Origin: an uncultured delta proteobacterium
GTDB lineage: Bacteria; Desulfobacterota; Binatia; Binatales; Binataceae
NCBI GenBank assembly: GCA_963832395.1
Contig: CAWHTV010000002.1
Location: 556,343 to 620,342, forward strand
Direction of reading: 5' to 3'
Length of the DNA stretch: 64,000 bases
Of the stretch, positions 29,064 through 39,920 are shown in pieces (within the stretch, counting starts at the first letter, position 1; every line of letters begins with the position of its first letter). A program made the position numbers and the translations under genes. The notes under the pieces are model-generated. The model made no database searches. It was not told the origin of the DNA and worked only from the letters and a program-made list of their open reading frames with translations.

Positions 29064-30176
29064 ATGGCGAAAATCATCGACTCCGACGCACACGTCGTCG
29101 AGCCGCGCGCGCTGTGGGAGGAATACGTCGAGCCCGCCTTCCGCGATCGCATCCCGAAAGTCGTCAAGGATGCGGACGGGGTCGATCGCTTCGCGGTGGG
29201 CCAGGCCGCGCGCGCCGGCATCTACGCTCCCGCCGCGATGTGCATCCCGGGCGGGCTCAGCCGTCCCGAACTGGCGCGCGAGCTTTCGTGGGACGACCTG
29301 AGACCCGGCAGTTACGACCCCCACGCACGCATCAAGGACATGGATTCGGAGGGAATCGACATGTCCTTTCTTTTTCCCTCGCTCGCGCTCGCCTACGTCG
29401 CGATCCGCGAGGCCGACCTCGCGGCTGCCGCGTGTCGCGCCTACAACAACTGGATGGCGGACTTTTGCGGCGCTTATCCCGAGCGGCTCTACAGTATCGC
29501 GCCGGTTCCGCTGTTCGAGGTCGAGGCCGCAATCGCGGAGATGCGAAGGGTGGTCAAGGAGCATGGCGTGCGCGCGGTGCTGGTGCGGCCTAATCCGTAC
29601 GGCGGCCGTCTGTTGAGCGACCCTGCTTACGATCCTTTCTGGTGCGAGGCGCAGCAACTCGACTGCACCATCGCCGTGCACGGCGCGGTAGGCGGCGACA
29701 TGCCAACGGCTGGGTTCGATCGTTACCGCGATTTTTTCCAGCGCATGATCATCTCGCATCCGCTCGAGCTGCAGATGGCCTGCATGACCTTGATCTGCGG
29801 CGGCGTGCTGGAGAAATATCCGCGCCTGCGTATCGCATTCCTGGAAGCGGGCGGGCTCTGGGTTCCTTACTGGCTGGCGCGGCTGGACGAGTTCCACGGC
29901 AAGATCGGCCACATGGCGCCCAGGATCAAGCTGAAGCCGAGCGAATATTTTCGCCGCCAGTGCTTCTGCTCGTGCGAGCCCGACGACGTGGCGCTCAAGA
30001 CGGTCGCCGCGCTCGACGCCGGCGATTTCCTGATGTGGGCGTCAGACTATCCGCACTATGACTGCGAATTCCCCGGCGCGGTGCGGGAACTGCGCGAGCA
30101 CTGCGCGGCGCTGAGCCCCGAGACGCAAAGAAAAATCATGGGAGATAACGCGGCCCGCTGCTACGGGCTTGCCTGA
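29064..30176 (+). CDS. Amidohydrolase-2 family (ACMSD-like metal-dependent hydrolase/decarboxylase)
   Basis: The start is ATG 29064 after GGAGGGAGGGG. The sequence reads MAKIIDSDAHVVEP...RAVLVRPNP...IAVHG...FLEAGGLWVPYW...WASDYPHYD. Confidence 0.8.
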   Translation: MAKIIDSDAHVVEPRALWEEYVEPAFRDRIPKVVKDADGVDRFAVGQAARAGIYAPAAMCIPGGLSRPELARELSWDDLRPGSYDPHARIKDMDSEGIDMSFLFPSLALAYVAIREADLAAAACRAYNNWMADFCGAYPERLYSIAPVPLFEVEAAIAEMRRVVKEHGVRAVLVRPNPYGGRLLSDPAYDPFWCEAQQLDCTIAVHGAVGGDMPTAGFDRYRDFFQRMIISHPLELQMACMTLICGGVLEKYPRLRIAFLEAGGLWVPYWLARLDEFHGKIGHMAPRIKLKPSEYFRRQCFCSCEPDDVALKTVAALDAGDFLMWASDYPHYDCEFPGAVRELREHCAALSPETQRKIMGDNAARCYGLA

Positions 30177-30201
30177 GGTCCGGATAGCCGCCGCCGCAAA
30201 G

Positions 30202-31221
30202 CTAGCGCCCGCGGCTGCGTAGCTCGCGCTCGGCTAACTCGAGATCGGCCTCGACCATCATCTCGACCAGCTGCTGGAAATTGACCCGCGGTTGCCATCC
30301 CAGGAGACGGCGCGCCTTGGAGCTGTCGCCCTGCAGCAGGTCGACCTCGGCCGGCCGCAGGTAGCGCGGGTCGGTCTGGATGTATTTGCGCCAATCGAGC
30401 TTGAGCAGCTCGAACACGCGCTCGAGGAACTCCTGCACGGAATGGGTTTCGCCGGTGGCGACCACATAGTCGTCCGGCTGCTCCTGCTGCAACATCATCC
30501 ACATCGCTTCGACGTAGTCGCCGGCAAAACCCCAGTCGCGGCGCGCGTCGAGGTTGCCCAGCGCAAGGCTGTCCTGCATGCCGAGCTTGATGCGGGTGGC
30601 GCTGCGAGTAATTTTGCGGGTGACGAAGTTCTCACCGCGCCGCGGCGATTCGTGATTGAACAGGATGCCGTTGGCGGCGAACAGGCCGTAGGCCTCGCGG
30701 TAATTGATGGTCTGCCAGTGGGCGTAAACCTTGGCGCAGGCGTAGGGGCTGCGCGGATGGAACGGCGTAGTCTCGCGCTGCGGCACCTCGGCTACCCGCC
30801 CGAACATCTCGGACGAACCCGCCTGGTAGTAGCGCGCCGCGCGGCCATGACGCTTGTTGTGATCGCGCAGCGCCTCCAGCAGGCGAAGTGCTCCGAGGCC
30901 GACCACGTCGGCGGTATATTCAGGCTGGTCGAAGGAGATACGCACGTGCGACTGCGCGGCGAGATTGTAAACCTCGTCGGGCCGCACCTGCTCGATGATC
31001 GCGCGCAATCCGGTGCCGTCGCCCAGGTCGCCGTAGTGCAGTTGGAGCGGCGAAGGGCCCGGTCCGAAGCCCTTGCGCATATGGTCTATGCGTCCGGTTG
31101 CGAAGCTCGAGGTCCGGCGCACGATGCCGTGCACTTCATAGCCCTGCTTGATGAGAAATTCCGCGAGGTACGAGCCGTCCTGCCCGGTAACCCCGGTTAT
31201 CAACGCAACTTTAGCCATCAA
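30202..31221 (-). CDS. gmd: GDP-mannose 4,6-dehydratase
   Basis: The ORF is intact at 339 aa ([18 protein letters not shown]...YNLAAQSHV...[12 protein letters not shown]...[21 protein letters not shown]). Confidence 0.9.
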   Translation of the reverse strand: MMAKVALITGVTGQDGSYLAEFLIKQGYEVHGIVRRTSSFATGRIDHMRKGFGPGPSPLQLHYGDLGDGTGLRAIIEQVRPDEVYNLAAQSHVRISFDQPEYTADVVGLGALRLLEALRDHNKRHGRAARYYQAGSSEMFGRVAEVPQRETTPFHPRSPYACAKVYAHWQTINYREAYGLFAANGILFNHESPRRGENFVTRKITRSATRIKLGMQDSLALGNLDARRDWGFAGDYVEAMWMMLQQEQPDDYVVATGETHSVQEFLERVFELLKLDWRKYIQTDPRYLRPAEVDLLQGDSSKARRLLGWQPRVNFQQLVEMMVEADLELAERELRSRGR

Positions 31222-31245
31222 TTATCCTTGTCCCGCCCGCGCCGT

Positions 31246-31609
31246 TCAGTCGCCCGGGACGATGCGATGCGAGTCGCTGTCAAAGTGCTGCGTGGAGAAC
31301 TCGTACAGCTCGGCGTCCTCCAGCGCTTCCATCTGATGCACCAGCCCCAGCGGAACGTCCATGCACTCGCCGGCGACGAGTTCGAACTCTTCGATAACTT
31401 CGGAGTCGGGTCGATTCCTTGACGCGGACCTTAAGCCGGCCCGCGCGCAGATAGAACGACTCGGTCTTGATCTTGTGAAAATGCAGCGAGCAGCGCTTGC
31501 CCTTGCGAATCTCGAGGATCTTGCCGCAGTAGAGGTCGCCGTTGACGATCCATACCTCGCGGCCCCAGCCCTTGGGCACGATTTTCACTGGCTTGCGTGC
31601 GCGGTTCAT
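31246..31609 (-). CDS. Small cupin-domain protein; 1 frame break near 31410
   Basis: The start is ATG 31609 (MNRARKPVKIVPKGWGREVWIVNGDLYCGKILEIRKGKRCSLHFHKIKTESFYL). The shifted C-terminus reads VIEEFELVAGECMDVPLGLVHQMEALEDAELYEFSTQH...* and stops at 31246-31248. Confidence 0.6.
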
Positions 31610-31776
31610 AGCTGTTGCGCAACCCTTTTCAGACGCTCGTCTTGACGCTCCGCCATACGTCATGCCCGTCAGACTGATTCGTAACTAGAATGCCAGAAGC
31701 GCGCGGGGCACACTACTCCCCGCCCACGGATCCCGACGGCTCGCCAGGCGCGCGTTTCGCCCTGATGAAAGACTTC

Positions 31777-33637
31777 TCAGGCGGCCGAGGGCCGCACGAC
31801 AGCCGGCGGCGACACTTGCGCAGCCGCGGCCTGATCATCGCCGTTGGCGACGGCGAGCACGAATTCGTTCACTTCGATCGATAGGCGTTGTAGCGGCAGA
31901 TGATTGGCGTCGGCGAAGGCCTTGACCATCGCAAGGCGGTCCTGGCTGATCGCGTCCGCGGCGATAAGAATCCAGTGAAACCCGGTGGTGGTGTGGATCC
32001 GCGGCAGATCGTCGAGCCGGCCGAGCACCTGATGGCCGTGGACCAGCTTGCCCTCCTTGAACGCGTCATCATCGACGAAGCCGATGAGCCGCACCCGCCG
32101 GTCGTTGCCGGAAAAGATATAGCGTACGGCCGCCTCGCCCATCCGCCCCGCTCCCACGATCAGCACCCGCTCGGTCGGCAGCGCGACCATCGCGAGCGCG
32201 CGCCGTTGGATCTGAAACGACATCCGCGTAAACACCAACAGGTTGAACAACAGCACCACGTACAGCACGGCGACCGATCCTGAAACCTCGAGCCGTATGA
32301 ACAGCGAGGCGATGGCGACCAGGACCCCGGCCAGCAGCGAGGCGTTGGCGAAGCGGAGGAGGTCGGCAATCCCGGCGTAGCGCCAGATTCCGCGGTAGAC
32401 ACCGGTCAGGCCGAAGGCGAGGTACGTGGCGACGAAAAAGACCGGCGTGCTTCTCATCATCGAAACGACCAACGTGTCGTTGATCTTGAAATCGCGGCGC
32501 AAAAGGCAGGCGCCGAAGTAGGCCGCCGGGATGAGCGCGAAGTCCAGCATTGCCTCCGGCAGGCGCCGCTTGTAACCGAGACTCAGGATCGAACGCGCGA
32601 GACCTTGCAAATAGCCGAAGGCCACGCCCGGTGCGCGGCCCTCGAAGGTCAGATCGATCATAAACAGCCCGATCACGCCAATTCCGCGCGGCCACGAACG
32701 GCAACGCGCTGAGCAAATAGGCATGCGACAAAAGGGTCTGGCCTGCCGCCAGCAGCGCGCCTATCGCGGCCAGCGTCCAACTCACGGCCACTGCGCGCCG
32801 CACGTTCAGCCCCAGCATCAAGAGACGATGATGCGAATGGTCCAGGCCGCGGCGCGAAATCGGATTTCCGGTGGCCAGCCGCGACAGCGTCACAATGGCG
32901 GTGTCGAGCAGCGGCACCAGCATCACCAGCAACGGGAAGACCGCACTCGAAAGATGCGAGTTTCGTTGCAGCGCCGCCCCTTGCAGCGCCAACGCGCCCA
33001 GCAGGAAGCCAATCGGCAGCGCGCCGCTATCACCCATGAAAATCGATGCCGGATGAAAGTTGAATACCAGGAAGCCGCCCAACGCCGCTCCGGCCGCCAA
33101 CGCCGCACATGCCAGTCCCACGTCGCGCGACCACCATGCGACGACGCCAACCGCGCCCACCGCGGCAATTCCAACCCCGGCGGCCAATCCATCAAGCCCA
33201 TCAACCAGGTTGAAGGCGTTGATTACCGCGACCATCCAGAAGCCCGCCAGCCCCAGGTTGACCAGCGGCCACCGCGTGACCTCAGGCGCAGCGGGCCCGG
33301 CCCACAGGAAAAACGCGACCACCGCTAACTGTGCGAGCAACTTGCGTGACGGCGTCAACACAACAACGTCGTCGAGCGCTCCAACCGCCAACAGCGTCAG
33401 CATTCCGGCCAGCATCCACAGCGGCAACTCCCCCACCAGGCCAAGTGCCGCGAGGACCGCGACTACGATCGCCACGCCACCGAGTACGGGCCTGGGCTCT
33501 GGATGGCCCGACTCCTCGCAAGGCGGTGCTACGATGTTGAAGCGCAGGGCGAGTGCTTTGACCGCAGGCGTTGATGCGAGCACCAACCCGAAGGCCGTCA
33601 CGGCGGAGATGGCAAGCTTCTCGGCAATAGCGGTCAC
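31777..33637 (-). CDS. WecA/MraY-family (GT4) polyprenyl-phosphate sugar-1-phosphate transferase fused to a C-terminal membrane + Rossmann-like domain; 1 frame break near 32690
   Basis: The N-terminal part reads NAFNLVDGLDGLAAG...NFHPASIFMGDSGALPIGF. The C-terminal part (ORF 31777-32724) has about 4 hydrophobic segments followed by RVLIVGAGRMGEAAVRYI...IGFVDDD. Confidence 0.75.
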
Positions 33638-33697
33638 TGGACTGAATTCAACCGCCCACAGTGCTCGGCACAGGCAGGAATAGATGGCGTTGTGCGA

Positions 33698-33713
33698 TGG
33701 GCAAATTTGCCCA
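33698..33713. promoter_or_regulatory. 16-bp perfect palindrome upstream of the WecA-like gene
   Basis: TGGGCAAATTTGCCCA lies 61-76 nt upstream of the start at 33637, inside a low-GC spacer. Confidence 0.3.
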
Positions 33714-33905
33714 CGGTCTCCATATTCCGCATAAATGCGCGCCCTGTGGCAAGAAGCCGAAACTCGTCGGTGCTTGGATGCAGGTTTTAGGCATCCTTAC
33801 GACTGTTTGAATATAGTTCGAGTCACTATATGAGGCAATGAGACAATCCGCGGGCAGAAGCTCCCAGTGACGACCAGCGTCCGCCGGCGAGCAGCAAAAA
33901 AGGGC

Positions 33906-34490
33906 CTAATCAGGGCGTAGATCGTCGGTCAGCGCCACCGCGAGCGAACCTTCAATGGGAGTGCGCACAGAGAGATGGGGGTGGTCGACTTCGATCGCGA
34001 CTTTGCCCGCAGCCGCCAGCTCTCCAAAACGGTCGGCGTTCGCGCCGAGCGGAAAAGCGATGAACTGGACCGCGCTTATCTGGTCGGGCGACATCTGGCG
34101 GTCGTCGAAGCGCGCGCCGACACGGCGTCCGTCGAGAACCATCCACAGATGCCGCTCCAGGCCCACCAGGCGGGCAAGCTCGACGTCGCGCTCGGCCGGG
34201 TCCGCATACTCGATGAGCAGGGTCGCGAAGAGTTCGCCCGGGCGCGGGATGAGTTCGTTGTAGGTCTCGACTTCGTGGTTGATCGCGGCGTCCTCGAAGA
34301 TGCGCTCCGCCCGCAGAACCTCCTGGATTTGATACCAGAGGGTCTGCCGGTTCTCGAACATCAGCGTGAGATGCTGGCCGACGGCGAGGCGGCGGCGCGC
34401 CTTCTCGGCGATGCACAGCGGACGCAGCAGCGGCCGGACGCGATCATAGGTGGTCACCGGCAGCACTTCGAGCGGGGTTAAGGGTTTCAC
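33906..34490 (-). CDS. DUF3501-family protein
   Basis: It is the C-terminal part of ORF 33906-34844 (KPLTPLEVLPVTTYDRVRPLLRPLCIAEKARRRLAVGQHLTLMFENRQTLWYQIQEVLRAERI...). The GTG at 34490 lies 8 nt after GAGGAG. An alternative GTG at 34499 overlaps the upstream TGA. Confidence 0.6.
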   Translation of the reverse strand: MKPLTPLEVLPVTTYDRVRPLLRPLCIAEKARRRLAVGQHLTLMFENRQTLWYQIQEVLRAERIFEDAAINHEVETYNELIPRPGELFATLLIEYADPAERDVELARLVGLERHLWMVLDGRRVGARFDDRQMSPDQISAVQFIAFPLGANADRFGELAAAGKVAIEVDHPHLSVRTPIEGSLAVALTDDLRPD

Positions 34491-34495
34491 GGCTT

Positions 34496-35842
34496 TCACT
34501 CCTCGGCGGTAGGCGGCTCCGGCGGCGGCACGGGCGTGGCGAAGCCGTCGGCCTCGTAAGCGCGCGCCAGGATTTCGACCGGGTTGAGCGGGCGCACGCC
34601 GATGGCCTGCTCGATCTGGATCGCGGCCAGCGGACAGTCGCTGGCCAACACCTGCGCCTCGGCGTCCTTCATTCCCGCGAAGGCCTTTGCGCCCCACTTC
34701 ATCGATAGCTCGAAGAACTCCTTCTTCATCGCCCAGGTGCCGTCGTGCGCCGTGCAGGCGTCCACCGTCACGACTTCCGCGCCCGGGATCGAGCGGATGA
34801 GATCGCGCGAGCGCAGCCCGATGTTCTGCGCTTTGAGATGGCACGGCACGTGATACGCGACCTTGCCCGGAGTGGTGCGAAATTCGCGGTCGAATTTGCC
34901 CTCGCGCCTGAGCGCGTAAAGCAGCTCGTGCGGGTCGGCGACGGCGGCGGCCAGCTCGCGGGCCTCGGCGGTGTCGAGCAGGTCGGGGTATTCCTTGCGC
35001 ATCATCAGCGAGCAGGTCGGATTGATCGCGGCGACCCGGTAGCCCTGGCGCACCAGCGGCAGCATCGAGGCCAGGTTGGCGCGCGCGAGCTTTTGCGCAA
35101 AGGCGACGTCGCCGCCGTCAAGCGCCGGCATCCCGCAGCAGTTCTGCGCCGGCGACGCGATCGCGCATCGATTGCGCGCGAGCACCGAGACCAGCGCGCG
35201 CCCGGGCGCCGGGTTGTAGTAGTTGACGAAGCAGGTATGAAAGATCGCGACCTTGGCCGCGGGCTCGGCGGGCGCGGCAGGAACGCCCGTGCGCCTGAGC
35301 CACGCCTCGAAGGTTTCGCCGGCGAACTCGGGCAGTTTCTTGGCGCGCGAGATGCCGAGCATCTTCTCCATCATCGCGCGCTGAAAGGGGCTGCGGCAGG
35401 CCCAGTTGGCGAGCTTCGGAACCACGCTGCCGATCTTCCCGAGCTGGTCCGGATTGCCGAGCATCTTCTCGCGCAGGCCGACGCCGTGCTCGCGGCTCTC
35501 GACCGCGCGCGCCCGCAGCATCAGGCGCGGGAAGTCGAGCTGAAACTCATGGCCGTCATGCGGCGTATACGGGCATCGCACCTCGCACAGCTTGCAGCCG
35601 TAGCACAGATCGATCACTCGCTGGTTCTGCGCCGCGCTCAGGCTGCGCACGTCGCCGTCACCGTGATCGAGCGCCCCAAACAGCTCCGGGAACGACGGGC
35701 AGAGATTGAAGCACAGCCGGCAGCCCTGGCAGATGTCGAAGACGCGCTCGATTTCCTTGTCGAGGGCCGCGCGCTCCCAATACTTGGGCTCGTTGGGGTT
35801 GTACGAAAGGGCGTCGGTCGGTCGCGACTGGATGCGGTCCAT
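34496..35842 (-). CDS. HdrD/GlpC-like (Fe-S)-binding oxidoreductase with CCG domains
   Basis: The ORF is intact at 448 aa. It carries CQGCRLCFNLCP, CYGCKLCEVRCP and two Cys-rich CCG-type segments (NCCGMPA, HVPCH). Confidence 0.8.
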   Translation of the reverse strand: MDRIQSRPTDALSYNPNEPKYWERAALDKEIERVFDICQGCRLCFNLCPSFPELFGALDHGDGDVRSLSAAQNQRVIDLCYGCKLCEVRCPYTPHDGHEFQLDFPRLMLRARAVESREHGVGLREKMLGNPDQLGKIGSVVPKLANWACRSPFQRAMMEKMLGISRAKKLPEFAGETFEAWLRRTGVPAAPAEPAAKVAIFHTCFVNYYNPAPGRALVSVLARNRCAIASPAQNCCGMPALDGGDVAFAQKLARANLASMLPLVRQGYRVAAINPTCSLMMRKEYPDLLDTAEARELAAAVADPHELLYALRREGKFDREFRTTPGKVAYHVPCHLKAQNIGLRSRDLIRSIPGAEVVTVDACTAHDGTWAMKKEFFELSMKWGAKAFAGMKDAEAQVLASDCPLAAIQIEQAIGVRPLNPVEILARAYEADGFATPVPPPEPPTAEE

Positions 35843-35920
35843 TTAGCGGCTCTCGGTTAACCGGTTCTCGGGCGGCCTATCGGGATTACGAGGCCGCGGC
35901 GGCTATGCAGGCAAAGAGCG

Positions 35921-36011
35921 CCGGCCCGCCAAGCGCCAGATAGCGTCCGGCGGGCCGGAATCCTTGCCGACGCACATGCCGCCGGCGCGCCTGCGCGTGC
36001 GGCGGCATGTG
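35921..36011 (-). terminator. Two stable hairpins between rubrerythrin and the Fe-S gene (terminator, attenuator or processing site)
   Basis: The hairpins are CACATGCCGCC...GGCGGCATGTG (35973-36011, 11-bp stem) and CCGGCCCGCC...GGCGGGCCGG (35921-35958, 10-bp stem). Neither has a clear U-tract. Confidence 0.35.
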
Positions 36012-36024
36012 ATGCGGTTCGCTG

Positions 36025-36441
<417 letters not shown>

Positions 36442-36557
36442 CGTTACCCTCTCCTGGGCGTGTGTGTGGTTCACGGCAGGCGGCACAATTGGCGCGGCCC
36501 AACTTTCGCGGCGGGTCGCCGGACGGCTGCCGAGCGGCTCAATCGCGCTGCCTACCA

Positions 36558-36576
36558 GATGATAATTATTATCATC
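36558..36576. promoter_or_regulatory. Fur/PerR-family operator (perfect 7-1-7 inverted repeat)
   Basis: GATGATAATtATTATCATC contains TGATAAT-T-ATTATCA, the Fur-type 7-1-7 consensus. It lies 117-135 nt upstream of the rubrerythrin ATG and is the only strongly AT-rich 19-mer in this region. Confidence 0.5.
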
Positions 36577-36608
36577 CGGCTCGCGCGACCGTCAAGCTGG
36601 GAGAGTGT

Positions 36609-37250
36609 TTCGACGAAAACATTATCCCGCCACGATCCTTTGCCGTCCATGCTGATGGCGATGCCGGCTTGGAGCAGAACGTCGGTGAAGCTGGTGCTGG
36701 TGAATTGGCTGCCTTGATCGGTATTGAAAATGTGCGGTTTGCCGTGGCGGGCCAGAGCTTCCTCCAGTGCTTCGATGCAGAACTCGGCTTCCATCGTGAC
36801 CGACAATCGCCAAGCGAGGACCCGGCGGCTGAACCAGTCGACGACGGCCGCGAGATAGACAAAGCCTCGCGCCATGGGGATGTAGGTGAGATCCATCGCC
36901 CAGACCTGGTTGGGCCTGATGACCGGCACGTTGCGCAGAAGATAGGGGTAAATCTTGTGTCCCGGTGCCGGCTTCGAGGTGTTGGGCTTGCGATAAATTG
37001 CCTTGATCCCCATGCGCTTCATCAACGTAGCCACGTGCTGACGACCGATGACGACCCCTTCCGCGTTCAGGAGATCGCGCAGCATCCGACTGCCCGCGAA
37101 GGGCAAGTCAAGATGCAACTCATCCATCCGGCGCATCACGGCGAGGTCGGCTGCGGAAACCGGTCGGGGCAGATAATACACACTGCCACGGCTGATCTTC
37201 AGGGCCTTCGCCGGTTTGCTGATCGACAGTGTGTGTTGACGGTCGATCAT
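36609..37250 (-). pseudogene. IS3-family transposase OrfB (DDE integrase), C-terminally truncated
   Basis: It reads MIDRQHTLSISKPAKALKISRGSVYY...NQVWAMDLTYIPMARGFVYLAAVVDWFSRRVLAW...IFNTDQGSQFTS. The tail of the listed ORF (TLSQLDGRASRMIIIIIW*) is read-through into flanking DNA and the Fur box. Confidence 0.75.
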
Positions 37251-37558
37251 CGCTTTGCGCTCAGCAAACCGGCCTTGCTGAGCGCTCCGCCCAAAAAATC
37301 ATTCTCCAGCGTCAGCTCGCCGATCTTCGCGTGCAGCGACTTCAGATCAATCGCGAGGGTAGCGGGCCCACTGCCAGCCGCGGACCCGAACACGCCGGCC
37401 GCCCCTTCCAGCAGTTGCGCCTTCCATTGGGTCACCTGATTGGGATGAACGTCAAATTGCTGCGCCAATTCCGCCAGCGTCAGCTCGCCCCTGACGGCGG
37501 CCAGTGCCACCTTCGCCTTGAATGCCGGGGTGTGATTCCGGCGCGGTCGTCTGCTCAT
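37247..37558 (-). CDS. IS3-family transposase OrfA (HTH)
   Basis: The internal ATG at 37558 gives MSRRPRRNHTPAFKAKVALAAVRGELTLAELAQQFDVHPNQVTQWKAQLLEGAAGVF. Confidence 0.8.
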   Translation of the reverse strand: MSRRPRRNHTPAFKAKVALAAVRGELTLAELAQQFDVHPNQVTQWKAQLLEGAAGVFGSAAGSGPATLAIDLKSLHAKIGELTLENDFLGGALSKAGLLSAKR

Positions 37559-37842
37559 CTTCTCTCCTGTTCGGCTGCCATCTTGGCCGCCGGCAGGCAG
37601 AAACGCCACTTACCCCGCTGTCCAAATTCTCCCAGCCAGCTCTCGGATCGGGCAGGCGATGATTTCGCCGTGCTGATAGCCTCGGCGTCGGGTGATTCGT
37701 GACCGCAATGGAGCGCAAAACCGGTGCATCATAGTCCTTGGCTTGGGCGCGATTCGAGAGTACCGTAAGGAACAATTATTACGTCGTGCGGTGACCACGC
37801 GGCTCTCGTCGCCGGGTCCAGAATCTTCCTCGCCATTGATCA

Positions 37843-39900
37843 TTGCACGCGGGCAGCGCGGCAATGGTCGACAACAGCATAAAAGACCCCGGCAACGCGC
37901 GCGATGACTATGCTCTGCAGCAGTCGGTCATAGCTTCGCTTAGCCAGCACGCGTTGGTAGGCACCGATCTGCAGCTACTGTTCGACGAAGCTACCCGCCT
38001 GATAAAAGAGACGTTGCGGATTGACTACGCGACGGTGAGCGAGTTGCGACCGGACCGCGAGACGCTGGTCGGTAGGGCCGGCGCCGGATGGGACGTGGAC
38101 GTGGTCCGCACCCTCGTCGCGGAGGCTGGTGCTCGCTCGCAAAGCGGCTATGCGCTGCTGGTCAACGCTCCCGTGATCGTGCCCGATTTCAGCAGCGAGC
38201 GACGCTTCCAGAGTTCCATCGCCGAACGCTGGGCGTTGCGCAGTGGCGTGACGATGGTGATTCATGGCCGCGACCGGCCCTTCGGAGTGCTCTCGGCCCA
38301 CGACCGGGAGCAGCGCGCGTACGGCCACGATGAGGTGAACTTCCTCCAATCGATCGCCAACATCCTGGGACTGGCGATCGGACAGAACCAGACCGAGGGC
38401 GAGTTGCGCGCCAGCGAGCGCTACTTTCGCTCGCTCATCGAAGACACCAGCGATCTGATCGTGGTCCTCGATTTGCAGCACAGGTACCGGTTCGTCAGCC
38501 CCTCCATAGAAAGGATACTTGGCCAAAAGGCCGAGGAGTTCGTCAGCAGGAGCGCCCTTGATTTCTGCCATCCTGAAGAGCGCGAGGCGATTGACGGCGA
38601 ATTGCGGCGCATCGCCACTGAAGGTGCGGAAGAGCGGATGCTACGCTCCCGACTCCGCCACAAGGACGGTTCGTGGCGGGTGCTGGAGTGGAATGCTCGC
38701 CCCGCGGTCGACATCAAGGGTACACCCTGCCTGGTCGCCAGCGCGCGCGACGTGACGGCGCGCGAGCGGATGCTGGATGATCTGCGCGAGAGCGAGCGGC
38801 GCTTTCGGGGCATCTTCGACAGCAGCCGGGACGCGATCATGATCGCCACCCCTGACGATGGCCGCATCGTCGACGTCAACAGCGCCCTTACCCGCATCTA
38901 CGGTCACAGCCGCGAGCAGGCGCTGGGCAAAGACCCGCGGGAGCTCGCGCTTTTCGTGAATCCGGAGGACCATCGGCGCTTCGAGCGCGACGTCTTCGAG
39001 CGCGGGGCCGTGAGCAACTTCGAGACCGACCTGCGCGCCCGCGAAGGCAGGACCGTGCCCACGCTGCTGTCCGCGGTGATGGTCGATCTGGGCGTCGGCG
39101 TCCGCGTGGTTTCGATCCTGCGCGACATCAGCGAGCGCCGCGCGGCCGACCTCGAGCTGGCCAGCGCACGCGACTCCGCGCTCGAGTCGACGCGCCTTAA
39201 ATCCGCCTTCCTCGCCAACACCAGCCACGAGATTCGCACGCCGCTCAACGTCATCCTGGGATACACCGATCTGGTCGGCGAGCACCTGGCCGATATCGGC
39301 GACCATACCCAGGACGCCTACCTCGAGGCGCTCGGGCGCGCCGGACGGCGCCTGCTGAAAACCATCCAGCAGATTCTCGACTATTCGCGCATGGAGGCCG
39401 GAGCGCTGGCGCTCAACCCTTCGGCGATCGCCCTCGCCCCGTTCATCGAGGACCAGGTCAATGATCTCGGCGTGCTGGCCGCCGAGAAGGGACTCGAGCT
39501 GCGGCTCGAAATCGCGGAGTCCGACGCCACCGTGCGCTTCGACGAATACTGCCTGCAAAGCGCGCTGAGCAACCTGCTCCACAACGCGATCAAATTCACC
39601 GACCGCGGCGAGATCGTCCTGGGGCTCGATCGCGACAGCGCCGGCACGCTGAAACTCGAAGTCCGCGATACCGGCATCGGCATCGACGACGACTACATGC
39701 CACGGCTGTTCGAGCCTTTCTCGCAGGAGCAGGCCAGCCATAGCCGGCGCTTCGAGGGTGCTGGACTCGGCCTGGCCTTCGCACGCAAGTGCGTCGAGCT
39801 CGGCGGCGCCCGGATTTACGCCGCCAGCCGCAAGGGCGAGGGCTCGACCTTCACCATCGAGTTCCCACGCACGTGCGAAATTCGCCGCCGCCGCGCCTAG
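37843..39900 (+). CDS. Cytoplasmic sensor histidine kinase (GAF-PAS-PAS-HisKA-HATPase_c), orphan
   Basis: The ORF is intact at 685 aa. The H-box reads FLANTSHEIRTPLN, the N-box LLHNAIKFT, and the G-boxes DTGIGI and GAGLGL. I see no transmembrane segment and no response regulator nearby. Confidence 0.85.
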   Translation: MHAGSAAMVDNSIKDPGNARDDYALQQSVIASLSQHALVGTDLQLLFDEATRLIKETLRIDYATVSELRPDRETLVGRAGAGWDVDVVRTLVAEAGARSQSGYALLVNAPVIVPDFSSERRFQSSIAERWALRSGVTMVIHGRDRPFGVLSAHDREQRAYGHDEVNFLQSIANILGLAIGQNQTEGELRASERYFRSLIEDTSDLIVVLDLQHRYRFVSPSIERILGQKAEEFVSRSALDFCHPEEREAIDGELRRIATEGAEERMLRSRLRHKDGSWRVLEWNARPAVDIKGTPCLVASARDVTARERMLDDLRESERRFRGIFDSSRDAIMIATPDDGRIVDVNSALTRIYGHSREQALGKDPRELALFVNPEDHRRFERDVFERGAVSNFETDLRAREGRTVPTLLSAVMVDLGVGVRVVSILRDISERRAADLELASARDSALESTRLKSAFLANTSHEIRTPLNVILGYTDLVGEHLADIGDHTQDAYLEALGRAGRRLLKTIQQILDYSRMEAGALALNPSAIALAPFIEDQVNDLGVLAAEKGLELRLEIAESDATVRFDEYCLQSALSNLLHNAIKFTDRGEIVLGLDRDSAGTLKLEVRDTGIGIDDDYMPRLFEPFSQEQASHSRRFEGAGLGLAFARKCVELGGARIYAASRKGEGSTFTIEFPRTCEIRRRRA

Positions 39901-39920
39901 CGCGCGCTCACCGCATCGTT

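Larger units (their letters stand above)
36609..37640 (-). mobile_element. IS3-family insertion sequence remnant, 3'-truncated
   Basis: It has OrfA plus OrfB with an open -1 overlap and a T TTT TTG slippery heptamer (plus strand 37292-37298). OrfB similarity stops after ...GKGSWRDNVFVE at about 36609, so the last ~60 aa and the terminal inverted repeat are missing. The 5' boundary (about 37634-37645) is estimated only. Confidence 0.7.

Noticed and set aside
33698-33713. The palindrome TGGGCAAATTTGCCCA could be a sigma54 (-24 GG / -12 GC) promoter.
   Set aside because: The GG-to-GC spacing is 9-10 nt instead of 12, so it does not fit TGGCAC-N5-TTGC.
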